Shown: positions 19,337 to 29,107 of the stretch, one piece after another
How the letters are laid out: each line of letters opens with the position of its first letter
How positions within the stretch are numbered: position 1 is the first letter of the stretch
Source: an uncultured delta proteobacterium
Lineage (GTDB): Bacteria > Desulfobacterota > Syntrophia > Syntrophales > UBA2185
Direction: 5' to 3'
Length of the DNA: 64,000 nucleotides
Assembly (NCBI GenBank): GCA_963729715.1
Contig: CAVSPA010000007.1
Coordinates: 384,001-448,000 of the forward strand
Notes under the pieces: generated by a model
Told to the model about the DNA's origin: nothing
What the model saw: only the letters and a program-made list of their open reading frames with translations
The model's database searches: none
Program-made: the position numbers and the translations under genes

Positions 19337-20230
19337 ATGGAAATCAATCACCAATGGGTCTGGATCGATACACAGGCACGAATGGATGAGGCAGAAAGAG
19401 ACATCGCCAACGCATCCATCATTTGTGTTGATACGGAGTATGATTCCTTCAGGTATTTTCGCGAAGTCCTCTGTCTGATCCAGATAGATGCAGATGGACG
19501 TACTTACCTTTTCGACCCTCTGGGCAAGCTTGATTTTCCCTTCCTCGGAACGTTTTTCACAGATCCCGCCGTCCTCAAAATATTGCATGCAGGTGATAAC
19601 GATATCCGGCTTCTAAAAAGGGACTACGGTTTCGAATTCAAGAATGTTTTTGACACACACCAGGCTGCGTCCATCCTCGGTTGTAACCATCTTTCTCTCT
19701 CGACATTGATAAGCCAGTATCTCGGCACGGAGCTCAAAAAAGATAAGAAAATGCAGCGCTCCAAGTGGGAAACACGCCCCCTGACGGAAGAACAGATGCA
19801 CTATGCAGTAGAGGACACGGCGCACCTCACGGCCCTGTATCGGAGGCTGGAGTCTGAGATCCAGTTGAGGGGTCTCAAAAGGAAAGCGGCAAGGGCCTTT
19901 GAGAAGATCGCCGCCGTGACATGGAATGAGAAAGTCTTCAATCCTCAGGGATGCAAAGGTATCAAGGGGTACGAGTCCCTTTCAGCGCAACAGAAGCATT
20001 ATTTGCTTAACCTCTACCGATGGCGTTTCCAGAAGGCAAAAAAGACAAACATGGCGCGCTTCAGGATATTTCCCGATCAGGCCCTGCTTGACATAGCAAG
20101 AACCGAGGCATCCTCCATGGAAATGCTGAGGGAGACAAATATGCTTTCGCCTGAAAAGATAAGGGTCTATGGACGGGAAATTATCGAGGCCATTACTGAC
20201 GGCAGAGCGTCGGAACAGGACCTTCGATAA
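19337..20230 (+). CDS. rnd: Ribonuclease D
   Basis: VDTE, CLIQI, KILHAGDNDI, FDT, YAVEDT exonuclease motifs and an HRDC-like C-terminus. Confidence 0.88.
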   Translation: MEINHQWVWIDTQARMDEAERDIANASIICVDTEYDSFRYFREVLCLIQIDADGRTYLFDPLGKLDFPFLGTFFTDPAVLKILHAGDNDIRLLKRDYGFEFKNVFDTHQAASILGCNHLSLSTLISQYLGTELKKDKKMQRSKWETRPLTEEQMHYAVEDTAHLTALYRRLESEIQLRGLKRKAARAFEKIAAVTWNEKVFNPQGCKGIKGYESLSAQQKHYLLNLYRWRFQKAKKTNMARFRIFPDQALLDIARTEASSMEMLRETNMLSPEKIRVYGREIIEAITDGRASEQDLR

Positions 20231-20319
20231 AAGAGCGCTCTACATCGGGAACAGATTTGTTTTCAGGCGACGCGCAGCAAGAGCTGCAGGCGGATGGATA
20301 GAACCGCAATGCTTCGTCT

Positions 20320-22023
20320 TCACCTTTTAAATTCCTCGCGCGTCAGATAATCCTGTGCCGCTTTGAGTCCCAGCCATGCTGCGGATATCATGTCATCGAG
20401 GGCTTCATCAAAGGCCCACAGTTCCTCGTACGCCCGCGCACGGATGTAGTAGGCCATGGCCTCTTTCCTGTTTATGGCGATCGCCATGCTGCAATACTCA
20501 ACAGTCTCGGAAAAATTCCCCAGTTTCCCATAGGCTATGCCGCGGTAGATATAGGGTCTGGTGTCTTTCGGGGCCAGTTTCATGACCTTGTTGAAATCCT
20601 CGACTGCCCTTTCATACTCCCCCAATTCCCAGAGGGCTATCCCATGATAGAGGTATCCTGTAGCATCGGCGGGTTTCATCTCCTTTATCTTTTTGAATTC
20701 GCGAACGGCGCGCACATAGTTTTCTCCGTCTCCGTAAAATTTCGTGAAGGAACCGTAGTTCAGGATTTCACGCGGGTTTGTCGCTAAGGCCTTCTCGTAA
20801 TTGCTTAGAGCTTTTTTATAATTGCCGAGATGGCCGTAAGCAATCGACCGGAGCAGATATACCCTTTCATCCCGCGGATTCATTTGCAGGACGATGTCGT
20901 AGTCCCTGATGGCATTATCATAGCGGCCTGCAACCCATTCAGCCACGCCGCGGCCATAATAGGCGCTCACCTGTTTCGGATTACGTGTGATGAGACTGTC
21001 ATAGTACTCCGTGGGTGTTTCTCTTTTTCCGAGCTTCTGATAAGCCTGTTCAAGACTCGCTTTGGCCTGCGGATCTTTCTCATTCTTTTCGAGAGCACGG
21101 TGATAATCATTGATGGCAATGGGAAGGTTGCCGGTTTTCTCATAAATCCTCCCCCGCTGATAGTAGGCCTCGGAAGATCCGGAATTGATTTCGACAGCCC
21201 TTGTGCAATCCGCGAGCGCCTGATCAAGATTTCCCGTTTTCTCTTCGAGAGCGGCACGCTTGAGGTACGATGTCTCATCCCGGGGGCTGAGTTCAATGAG
21301 TCTGTCTAAATCCGTCTTGGCCTTTTGGTAGTCGCCTGTCTTCTCAAAGATCCTCTCCCGGAAAAGGTAGAAGAACTTTTCTTCCTTCTGAAGGTCAACG
21401 GCCTTAGTGAAGGCCTCTGCCGCTTCCCGGTCATTGCCCGAGATGAGGAGCCTGTATCCCTCGAGGCATAATGTCCAGGCAATCATATCATCTATAGCTC
21501 TACGATATTGCTTTGCCGCAGACGCATCGGCGTCTTTGGAAGAGAACTTCTTCCGCAGGTCCTCGATCTTGATAAGCGCCGCGGCCACCTCTCTTCCGAT
21601 CTCCGCCACGTCCTTGCTCTTTTGAGAATCTTTGCGGAGCGCGTCCAGAGCCTTCACAAGGGCCGGTGGATCAGTTGCTATTTTTACGGTTAAGGTAAAA
21701 GATTTTCCATCCTGACTCTCTGAAACCGTGTCCGGCCTAACCAGCGCCGATACCATGGATCGGATATCTTTGGGGCCGAGGAGAAAGAGCTTTGCATCTG
21801 TATGCTCTGCGAGATAATTTCCCAGCTCCGTGTAGAGAAGACCTTCTGCCTGTGCACGGCCGACGGCCTTTGAGGATGCTTCATTGTCCAGATCACTCAC
21901 CCGATATGTGTATCTCTTTTCAAAGGTCTTGACTTCAGCCATGGCGGGGCTAATGACGAACTGGAGCAGCGGTATGATGATTAGAACGGCGCACTTGATA
22001 TTAATCGGAGTCTTCCACTTCAT
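20320..22023 (-). CDS. Exported tetratricopeptide repeat protein
   Basis: Signal peptide followed by many TPR units (AYYQRG..Y...G...AI.DY..AL). Confidence 0.88.
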   Translation of the reverse strand: MKWKTPINIKCAVLIIIPLLQFVISPAMAEVKTFEKRYTYRVSDLDNEASSKAVGRAQAEGLLYTELGNYLAEHTDAKLFLLGPKDIRSMVSALVRPDTVSESQDGKSFTLTVKIATDPPALVKALDALRKDSQKSKDVAEIGREVAAALIKIEDLRKKFSSKDADASAAKQYRRAIDDMIAWTLCLEGYRLLISGNDREAAEAFTKAVDLQKEEKFFYLFRERIFEKTGDYQKAKTDLDRLIELSPRDETSYLKRAALEEKTGNLDQALADCTRAVEINSGSSEAYYQRGRIYEKTGNLPIAINDYHRALEKNEKDPQAKASLEQAYQKLGKRETPTEYYDSLITRNPKQVSAYYGRGVAEWVAGRYDNAIRDYDIVLQMNPRDERVYLLRSIAYGHLGNYKKALSNYEKALATNPREILNYGSFTKFYGDGENYVRAVREFKKIKEMKPADATGYLYHGIALWELGEYERAVEDFNKVMKLAPKDTRPYIYRGIAYGKLGNFSETVEYCSMAIAINRKEAMAYYIRARAYEELWAFDEALDDMISAAWLGLKAAQDYLTREEFKR

Positions 22024-22206
22024 TAATTCAATCTTTCAAGGCCGGATGGCGATTCTTCTCCGGAACCCGTGTGGATGGCGTTTGTCTTTCTGAATATAAG
22101 GGCCAAACTAAGCCGCTTGAATACCCTCTAACGTCTCAATATGGCCGCAGCATGATTCAGGAAGGGTTCGACAGTCGGTAGGCTTTTTACTCTGCTTTGT
22201 GGAATA

Positions 22207-22587
22207 TCAGGACTTAAGTTTGCAAACGTCGTTTTCTACGAGCAGCTCTGTTGCCCTTTTAAGCCTCAGGGAGAGTGTTCTTAAGATTACCTGAAAATGT
22301 TGCGACAGCTTGTTGTACTCTGTATCCAGGAAAGCGCGGTCGATAAGCCCGACCGTCGTTTCTCCCACCGCCCGTGCTGTGGCAGTTCTTGGAATACGGG
22401 CAAGAAAGGCTATTTCCCCGAAGACATCACCGGACTGTAATACCGTGATGACGGCCCTGCCACTGGCAGCTGTCTTGGAAAGTTCCACAGCACCTGATTC
22501 TATCGCATATATCCAATCACCATGACTCCCTTCCTCAAAAATAATCTGCCCATCCTGATAGGTTTCGTATGTTGCGATAGGTAACAT
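22207..22587 (-). CDS. Stand-alone cyclic nucleotide-binding domain protein
   Basis: IFEEG, Y.I.SG.V, GDVFGEIAFL...PRTATARA. Confidence 0.88.
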   Translation of the reverse strand: MLPIATYETYQDGQIIFEEGSHGDWIYAIESGAVELSKTAASGRAVITVLQSGDVFGEIAFLARIPRTATARAVGETTVGLIDRAFLDTEYNKLSQHFQVILRTLSLRLKRATELLVENDVCKLKS

Positions 22588-22713
22588 TTTTGCATACTCC
22601 TTGAAAGTTTCCCAAATTTCTTTATTTTATAAGAAATAATGGTTGAGAAAGTTCATCTGTGCAAGCCTGCCTTCCTGCATGCTATTGAGGAAGACGCCAT
22701 TTGACTTTTCAAT

Positions 22714-23103
22714 TCACTGACTCTCTTGGTCGGGTTTCGCCGGGATCTCTTTTTCATCACCCATGTCGGGAAAACCTTTTTTCCCTATTTTATAGGCGTC
22801 TACCACAGAAAAGAGCCAACAGCATAAAACAAATAATAGGATAAAGTTAAGATTAATCCCGCTGTGTACGGAATCAATCTTGGCGAGATTGGAGACTGTC
22901 TCCATGTCGGCGATTCCGCCCCCACTCTCTATTGCTCTAAGACTTTCCAGGGCGCTTGCAACCACTGTTCCGACAATTATGCCTAAACACAATAATACGG
23001 GTAGCAGAATTGCAAGACCCCGCGTGTACCTCTTGAGATATATCTGACCTAGGCCGGGAAACACAATGCCTGATAATAGGGCGGCCTTAATAGCGCTTTT
23101 CAT
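22714..23103 (-). CDS. Hypothetical membrane protein
   Basis: AALLS..FPGLGQIY and W.FSVVDAY membrane motifs. Confidence 0.75.
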   Translation of the reverse strand: MKSAIKAALLSGIVFPGLGQIYLKRYTRGLAILLPVLLCLGIIVGTVVASALESLRAIESGGGIADMETVSNLAKIDSVHSGINLNFILLFVLCCWLFSVVDAYKIGKKGFPDMGDEKEIPAKPDQESQ

Positions 23104-23206
23104 ATGTCATCTTCTTTCAGTATCACTGATCGGACTTCGGGATTCATCATACCATATTCCTTAAGGCGAATGTTGCTATTTTCTTGTCAGGAAAATACAA
23201 CTCAAC

Positions 23207-24079
23207 TTACTCATTGGGTTTATAGGTTCGTTCCTTCTGCGGTGTTAACCCCTTTTCTTTTGACCTCGTTTTTACAAACCAGTCTATCAACTCACGGGCA
23301 ATACTGATCTTACCTGGTATGGTCGGAAGTTTTTCTGGATCAAACCATCCTGCATCAGCGATCTCCGTTTCGTCAATCCTGATCTCGCCGCTCTCATATT
23401 CTGCGGTAAAACCTATCATCAGGGAATCAGGAAAGGGCCAGGGCTGGCTTCCGAAATAACGGATATTCTTGACCCTGATACCCACCTCTTCTCCTATCTC
23501 GCGTTCTACCGCTTCTTCGAGCGTTTCGCCGAGTTCGACAAAACCCGCGAGGACGCTGTACAGCTCTGAAGTGAATCTCTTAACCCGGGCTAGGAGCACC
23601 CTGTTCTCTCTTTCTACAAGAACGATTATAGCGGGTGAGATGCGGGGGAAAATCAATAGTTCGCAACACGGGCACTCCTTGGCGATCATACCCCTTGTGC
23701 GGATCGTCTCCATTCCGCAGTACCCGCAATATCTTGTGGTCCTGTCCCACTCAATCATATGCACCGCTTTCATTGCTACCCTGTGGAGGAATCCTTCCAG
23801 GCGTCCGTAAAGGTGCCTCAGGCCGCGAAAGGTCATTTTCTCGGGAACCGATGCGTTTTCGGAAATCTCGGCACAATAGCAGTGACGACCGGCAATGGTC
23901 CCGAGATACCATTCCCTGATCGGTTCCAATCCAAGCTCCGCCGGATCTGTGAAACACGGGAGAGAAATTTTTTCACCCGCCTCTGCAACCATCAACCTGT
24001 CTGCCATAAACACGAACCAACATGCCGGTTCCAACTTTGTGGGCGGCGCTTCTACTGAGGGTATAAGTTTATTTTCCAT
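23207..24079 (-). CDS. nudC: NAD(+) diphosphatase (Nudix)
   Basis: YCGYCG...CPCC zinc site, AGFVE.GETLEEAV.REI.EEVG Nudix box, SQPWPFPDSLM. Confidence 0.93.
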   Translation of the reverse strand: MENKLIPSVEAPPTKLEPACWFVFMADRLMVAEAGEKISLPCFTDPAELGLEPIREWYLGTIAGRHCYCAEISENASVPEKMTFRGLRHLYGRLEGFLHRVAMKAVHMIEWDRTTRYCGYCGMETIRTRGMIAKECPCCELLIFPRISPAIIVLVERENRVLLARVKRFTSELYSVLAGFVELGETLEEAVEREIGEEVGIRVKNIRYFGSQPWPFPDSLMIGFTAEYESGEIRIDETEIADAGWFDPEKLPTIPGKISIARELIDWFVKTRSKEKGLTPQKERTYKPNE

Positions 24080-24157
24080 AGTTTAAATCTTAGCCTTTTT
24101 CTATTTAGTTGTAAAAAAGTTGCGCAGGTTCAGATGCAGATAATTAGTTTTACTGCA

Positions 24158-24239
24158 TTGAAGCTCTCTGCAGCAAGCTGCGGAGAATTTTCGATTCTTA
24201 AGGAACAGTATCGTTCGTCATGCGCTCGCTACCGAATTC
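24158..24239. repeat. Dispersed palindromic repeat, copy 2 (long form)
   Basis: TTGAAGCTCTCTGCAGCAAGCTGCGGAGAA...TGCGCTCGCTACCGAATTC; same ends as 1161-1209 with about 33 extra internal nt. Confidence 0.75.
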
Positions 24240-24852
24240 CGATCAGTACTTTCGAGAACACGAGCTTATCATCACCGATCCGGTAAAAATCCTTGATACG
24301 CGCCGCCAGTTGGTAACCGCTCTTCTCATAAAACCGTATCGTTGCGCCGTAAGATTCCTGCGATGACGTCTCAATTAGGAGCATGCGGCCACCTTGCTTT
24401 TTGATTTCACGCTCGACATATCCCAAAAGATAGCGTCCAATGCCCTTCTTCTGGGCCGCCGGATCTACTGCGATCCAGTACAAATCATATACGCCCTCTG
24501 TCAGGGGAGTCGGACCGTAACAGGCGAAGCCCTGTAACACGGGATGCCTCTTTCCGTATTCAAGGACGGCGAAGATATAGCCGCTCGCATCCCCATCTTT
24601 AATGGCCTCATCTACCAGTTCCAGTGCCGTCTCTATCTCGACATCATTGAAATTGCCCGATGAAACAACCATTTCTTCGATGCGGGATCTGTCGCGCGGT
24701 TCCAGTTTACGAATGCGTTTCTCTCGATCCACTTTTTTTCGCTCCGATACCGTGGCATCATCTACACAGCTAAAGCTATATTTGACGATCACACATATAT
24801 TATTTCCGCGATCCTTGTACCATATTTTAAACAAGAAAGCTTCGGTCATCAA
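24229..24852 (-). CDS. GNAT family N-acetyltransferase
   Basis: YDLYWIAVDP..QKKGIGR.LL, IETSS, FYEKSGY. The true start is probably downstream of 24852. Confidence 0.85.
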   Translation of the reverse strand: MMTEAFLFKIWYKDRGNNICVIVKYSFSCVDDATVSERKKVDREKRIRKLEPRDRSRIEEMVVSSGNFNDVEIETALELVDEAIKDGDASGYIFAVLEYGKRHPVLQGFACYGPTPLTEGVYDLYWIAVDPAAQKKGIGRYLLGYVEREIKKQGGRMLLIETSSQESYGATIRFYEKSGYQLAARIKDFYRIGDDKLVFSKVLIGIR

Positions 24853-24882
24853 AGGCAGACCATTGCTAATGTCACGGAGGGA

Positions 24883-25398
24883 TCAGTCCTTCACAACTTC
24901 ACAAGAGAGATCTATCTCATCCGCTCGGGACTTCGCGGGGCTCCAGAGCAGCCTCCATTGATGCTTTGGTGTTTGCTGCTGCACGGCCACATCCGCAGTG
25001 CTATATTCAGCCCAAGCTGCAAAATCCAACCACCAGTCAAGTACCGCCTTGTAACCCCAGAGATGAACCTTGCCCGCCACACCCGGGTGCGCAACAAGCA
25101 GCAAGTCATATACGTCCCATTTGACTGTCTCTCCGGGCTGCACTGATTCCACGATTTTTGACCGGGAGAGGGCCTCGGTGGCATCATGAATGAGACCGCG
25201 TTCCTGCGCAAACGTGGCATGCGGCACTACACCGACCAATGCCGCATGGCCAGTATTCATCATCGAGAGCATCGCCCGTGTAAACGCAATCTCCCTGCCC
25301 CCGCTCACCTCCAGCTTTGAAGGAACAGCCTGCAGGGAAATGTCCAGGCAGCCTTCCTGAATTTTCGAATTTGTTTCCAGAGGCTTTGTGTCCGGCAT
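24883..25398 (-). CDS. Hypothetical protein
   Basis: 171-aa ORF with a purine-rich RBS (AAGGGGGG), co-oriented with neighbours; no motif recognised. Confidence 0.6.
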   Translation of the reverse strand: MPDTKPLETNSKIQEGCLDISLQAVPSKLEVSGGREIAFTRAMLSMMNTGHAALVGVVPHATFAQERGLIHDATEALSRSKIVESVQPGETVKWDVYDLLLVAHPGVAGKVHLWGYKAVLDWWLDFAAWAEYSTADVAVQQQTPKHQWRLLWSPAKSRADEIDLSCEVVKD

Positions 25399-25758
25399 AA
25401 TTGTATCCCCCCTTCCGGCTCATTTCCGATCCGCGATTTTGTTTACAGTGTTAGTAAAGAAATCTACGATAATTATCGGCATGGCTTAGCCGAGGCGCTA
25501 CCCATCTCTCAATTATACAACCCCTTCTAACTAATCTTACCACATTTTGAGAGAGACTCATGATATTTTATTCCATCGCGCAAGTCTTTTCTCATTTGCC
25601 GGAGGTGCAATTTCTCTTCTTATCTTCTGCAGATATGTTGAATGGATTTGGAGAGTTTAGAAAAGCGGTGGAAGGAAGTAACCTGGAACTCGCCCTTGAG
25701 ATCGCAGGCGAGTTTATTTTCGTTCATGACCGGAAAATATTTTTCCTCAATGTTCAAT

Positions 25759-26301
25759 CTAACTGCATGAGCATGCCGAGGAGCCTTTCGCACCGGGTGA
25801 TAGGGGACAGCACATTTCTTGCCCGGCGGACTCAAAGCTCCCCACGTTGTCGGAGATTTCCTGATCGGAAAATATTCCGGCATTTTTTCTCACCATCTTG
25901 GCGAGTGAGACACACATCTGTATCTGGTCGGGTGTCACATTTTGCTCTTTCGCTTTTTGTATTTCAGAAACGACATCTGGGGCAGAATTCGCGGCAACGA
26001 ATGAAGCGATTCTTGCCAGTACTGCAAGCTTTACTAAAGACACATCGGTGCCTTGTGCGTCAATCCCCTTGTCATTGCCCATAAGCTCGGAAATTTTCAT
26101 TCTCATTGTCCCAATGGCTTCGGCCTTTGCGTCGAGTCCCCATTGAAGGGCTTTTAGCATTTCCTTTTTCGGAATTTTGAGCGACGTGGCAACGCCGTAT
26201 AATTTGTCGGCGCATTGCCGGCATCCTGCGCCCATGGCGGCGCTCATGGCGATAAGATTCTTTTCCTGGTTCGTCAAATGATTTTCCTGATTATTGTCCA
26301 T
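25759..26301 (-). CDS. Carboxymuconolactone decarboxylase/AhpD-like protein with a Cys-rich tail
   Basis: EKNLIAMSAAMGAGCRQC (AhpD-type CxxC), a second CMD-like repeat, C-terminal CC...CSCS; GGAG RBS. Confidence 0.7.
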   Translation of the reverse strand: MDNNQENHLTNQEKNLIAMSAAMGAGCRQCADKLYGVATSLKIPKKEMLKALQWGLDAKAEAIGTMRMKISELMGNDKGIDAQGTDVSLVKLAVLARIASFVAANSAPDVVSEIQKAKEQNVTPDQIQMCVSLAKMVRKNAGIFSDQEISDNVGSFESAGQEMCCPLSPGAKGSSACSCS

Positions 26302-26736
26302 TTTTTATTCTCCCTCGGTTCAGTTCTTGTGCGTTTTTTTGGCTTTCACAAACTAAGACGAACCAGGAGCCAAAAAGGATACAAGAAATGTTGCCCCTTG
26401 CAAATGTCTCTATTGCCCTATTGTGGGAAGTCGCTCCGCCGATGCATATGCATCGCATGAAACGAATTTGCGCAGCAGGGCGCAAGTACCGGCTGGGGAA
26501 AGGAAATTACGAGGGAGGAAGCCTGGGATATCTCCGGTGATGTTCTTTGCGCCATCATCGGCGTCACGGACATTGCAACTACGCTCAGGTGTACGAAGGG
26601 AGCAAACCGGGTAGGCGCGGTCGTCGTCGACTAATTGATGATCTATCTGGCCTTTGAGGATTACAAGAACGTTAAGGCTAACAATAAATCGAGAGACGTA
26701 AATGCCCCGGATAAGCCCGCAGTCAGCATGAAAATT

Positions 26737-27555
26737 TTATTGCGTTCTGGCAAGGCGAAAACCTATGTAGCGGGCCATGTTGGTCGGTTTGAAGTATAGA
26801 CGATGCGCAGAACGGCTGTACTTAGCGCCGTCGCTCCAGCAGCCGCCCCGCATTACTTTGTCCGTACCCGATGAAGGGCCGGAAGGATCGGACAGGCGGC
26901 TCCTCCAGGAGTATTCGTCGAACCAGTCCTGGCACCATTCCCATACATTGCCGTACATGTCGTAGAGACCCCAGGCGTTGGGGGCGAAACTTCCCGCACG
27001 CACTGTCTTGTCCCTGAATTCCCCTTTAGGGCAGCCGGTAAGAGGGAAATTGCCGTTATAGTTCGCCTGATCCGTGGAAAGACACTTCCCCGTATAGAAG
27101 GGTGTTGTCGTCCCGGCCCGTGCCGCATACTCCCATTCCGCCTCCGTGGGAAGCCTGTACTTATTTGTTCCCTCCATCTTGTTGAGCTTCCCAATAAATT
27201 CCTGGACGTCATTCCAGGAGACGTGCTCCACAGGACAGCCATCACCGCAGTCCTTAAACTCTGAAGGATTGTTCCCCATGACCTTCTTCCATTGTTCCTG
27301 GGTGACCTCCGTCGTCTGCATGTAAAATGGTTTGCTGATCTTGACCTTGTACTGCTCCTCGTTACTCGACCGATCCGGTTCGTCGGGAGGCGATCCCCTC
27401 ATGTAGGTCCCCGCAGGGATGAGGGCAAACTTGGCTCCGAGGGTGGGGCTCGTGAAGACCTGTTCATCGGCCGCCAAGCATGGGAGAGTGATGAACAAGG
27501 CAAAGACAAATGAGATCAGTGTAATTCGCAAGAGGGCATATTTCATCGGCTTCAA
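26737..27555 (-). CDS. Formylglycine-generating enzyme (FGE/SUMF1) domain protein, exported
   Basis: TEVTQ, PVE.VSW, RLPTEAEWEYAARAG, NAWGLYDMYGNVWEW, RGG.W, GFRL. Confidence 0.9.
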   Translation of the reverse strand: MKPMKYALLRITLISFVFALFITLPCLAADEQVFTSPTLGAKFALIPAGTYMRGSPPDEPDRSSNEEQYKVKISKPFYMQTTEVTQEQWKKVMGNNPSEFKDCGDGCPVEHVSWNDVQEFIGKLNKMEGTNKYRLPTEAEWEYAARAGTTTPFYTGKCLSTDQANYNGNFPLTGCPKGEFRDKTVRAGSFAPNAWGLYDMYGNVWEWCQDWFDEYSWRSRLSDPSGPSSGTDKVMRGGCWSDGAKYSRSAHRLYFKPTNMARYIGFRLARTQ

Positions 27556-27674
27556 CCTTTACTCTGAAATTCCATGCCCCTTTTATACATTACCCGTACA
27601 GAAATCACAAGACCTGTTGTAAATCTCCATTTGAGATGTTTAATTGCTTGACGATTACCTTCAGTCAACTATCA

Positions 27675-28877
27675 TCAATTCATGCTTTCATTAAATTGAG
27701 TTTCATTGGTCAACATAGCAAACATTGTCCTGATGAGCTTATGTGCTGTAGCCAGCACAGCCATTTTGTAGGGCAGCCCGTCCTGCTTTCGCTTCAGGTA
27801 ATATTTCTTGAATCTAGCGTTAAACTGGATGACCTTAGTCGTCATTACCCAGATCACCCGCCTGAGATGCCTGTTGCCTCGTTTGGTAATCTTTCCCTTT
27901 CGATCTATCTTCCCTGACTGGTACAGGGCTGGATCGAGGCCTGCCATGGCTATCACCTTTTTGTGACTCTCAAACTCCTTGACATCCCGTCCTACCTCAA
28001 TCAGGAAATTCATGGCCGTCTTTTTTCCTATGCCTCTCATAGAAGTAAGGATGTCCATATCCCTCCTCATCTTCCCCTTACACTGTTCGGTGAGTATATC
28101 CGTAAGCTCCTGGAGATGCTGCTCCAGTTGCATCAGTAAGGATACTTTCTGTTTGAGAATGATCTCTTTGGCAGAACTTGACGTTCCTATGGACGTTTCG
28201 GCTGCCTTGACAATACGCTCAACCGATGTATCCGTTTGTTTACCGTATGATCCCGGTATCAGTATCCTGGCTATCTTGGAACGCTTTGCCTGTCTTATCG
28301 AAGCAGCAGAAGGATATTGACAGAGCAACCGAAGCATGGATTTGGTAAATATACAGGCAATGTGTTCCAACTCAGGGAAAGTCATGGTCAACAATCGCTT
28401 GATTTCAATCTTGTTCGAAGTCATCTGGTCCACAAGGCTTTCCCGTTGCCTGGAGAGATCCCTGATATCGGTAAAATCAGATGATCCGACGGTTCGACCA
28501 AGGGAATCACGGTTCAAAAGAAGAAACTGCGCAATCACATAGGCATCTTTCTTATCCGTCTTGGTTTTCCTCAATTGGAGTTTAACAAAATTAGAAATAA
28601 GCAGGGGATTAATCACGATCACGGTATACCCTTTCGAGATAAGAAAAGAATATAGATTCACGTGGTAGCAGGCCGTCGACTCCATACCGACCAGTACAGA
28701 CTCTTTAGGAGCTGATAGTGAAGAAAGCTGTTTAATCAGCTCCTCAAATCCTTCCCTATCCATCGACGTCGAGATGCTGAAATGCTTTTCCCCTTGAACG
28801 CTGATACAACACGCATCGAATGTCTCCTTGGAGATATCGATGCCAAGAAACCATCTAAAACCCTTTCTTTCATCCAT
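27675..28877 (-). CDS. IS110 family transposase/recombinase (DEDD)
   Basis: GIDISK, MESTACY, KTDKKDA (DEDD); LYQSG catalytic Ser; GNRHLR; A.AHKL. GGAGG RBS before ATG 28877. Confidence 0.93.
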   Translation of the reverse strand: MDERKGFRWFLGIDISKETFDACCISVQGEKHFSISTSMDREGFEELIKQLSSLSAPKESVLVGMESTACYHVNLYSFLISKGYTVIVINPLLISNFVKLQLRKTKTDKKDAYVIAQFLLLNRDSLGRTVGSSDFTDIRDLSRQRESLVDQMTSNKIEIKRLLTMTFPELEHIACIFTKSMLRLLCQYPSAASIRQAKRSKIARILIPGSYGKQTDTSVERIVKAAETSIGTSSSAKEIILKQKVSLLMQLEQHLQELTDILTEQCKGKMRRDMDILTSMRGIGKKTAMNFLIEVGRDVKEFESHKKVIAMAGLDPALYQSGKIDRKGKITKRGNRHLRRVIWVMTTKVIQFNARFKKYYLKRKQDGLPYKMAVLATAHKLIRTMFAMLTNETQFNESMN

Positions 28878-28889
28878 ATACGCACCTCC

Positions 28890-29055
28890 AATTAGTACAC
28901 GGCAAAAGCAGGATCCGCCTCCCAACCAATCCTCCATCGTTACAAGGATTCTCCGATCCCATCAACCTATTATGGCTTGGGAGGCAGGGGACAGACTGTA
29001 GTAAGGATTCTTCGACCCGGGAAGAACTGAGTCCTCCTGCCTTTCCATATTCAGT
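28890..29055 (-). ncRNA. Putative IS110 bridge RNA
   Basis: Two consecutive stem-loops (GGCAGG.GGAC/GTCC.CCTGCC and TCCCAA.CCA/TGG.TTGGGA), each with an internal loop capped by the same hairpin GG(G/A)T-CG(A/G)AGA-ATCC-TT; lies downstream of TATAAT. Confidence 0.6.
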
Positions 29056-29107
29056 TGTTAATTATATACCCTATACCTGAATTGCTGGTAGGAGGAAGGA
29101 CTAACCG

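Larger units (their letters stand above)
27664..29084 (-). mobile_element. IS110-family insertion sequence (ends inferred)
   Basis: Transposase gene with a roughly 200-nt structured upstream non-coding end. TTGAC just after the stop and TATAAT at the opposite end fit the split-promoter layout of IS110; no TIRs. Confidence 0.75.

Noticed and set aside
22100..22209. Selenocysteine read-through of the cNMP gene TGA, with the downstream hairpin as SECIS
   Set aside because: The domain is complete before the TGA, the extension has no redox motif, and the hairpin begins about 40 nt away, too far for a bacterial SECIS.
25560..26084. ORFs 25560..26084 (+) and 25620..25883 (-)
   Set aside because: They overlap the better-supported AhpD-like gene and I recognise no family, although a small decayed gene fragment cannot be excluded.
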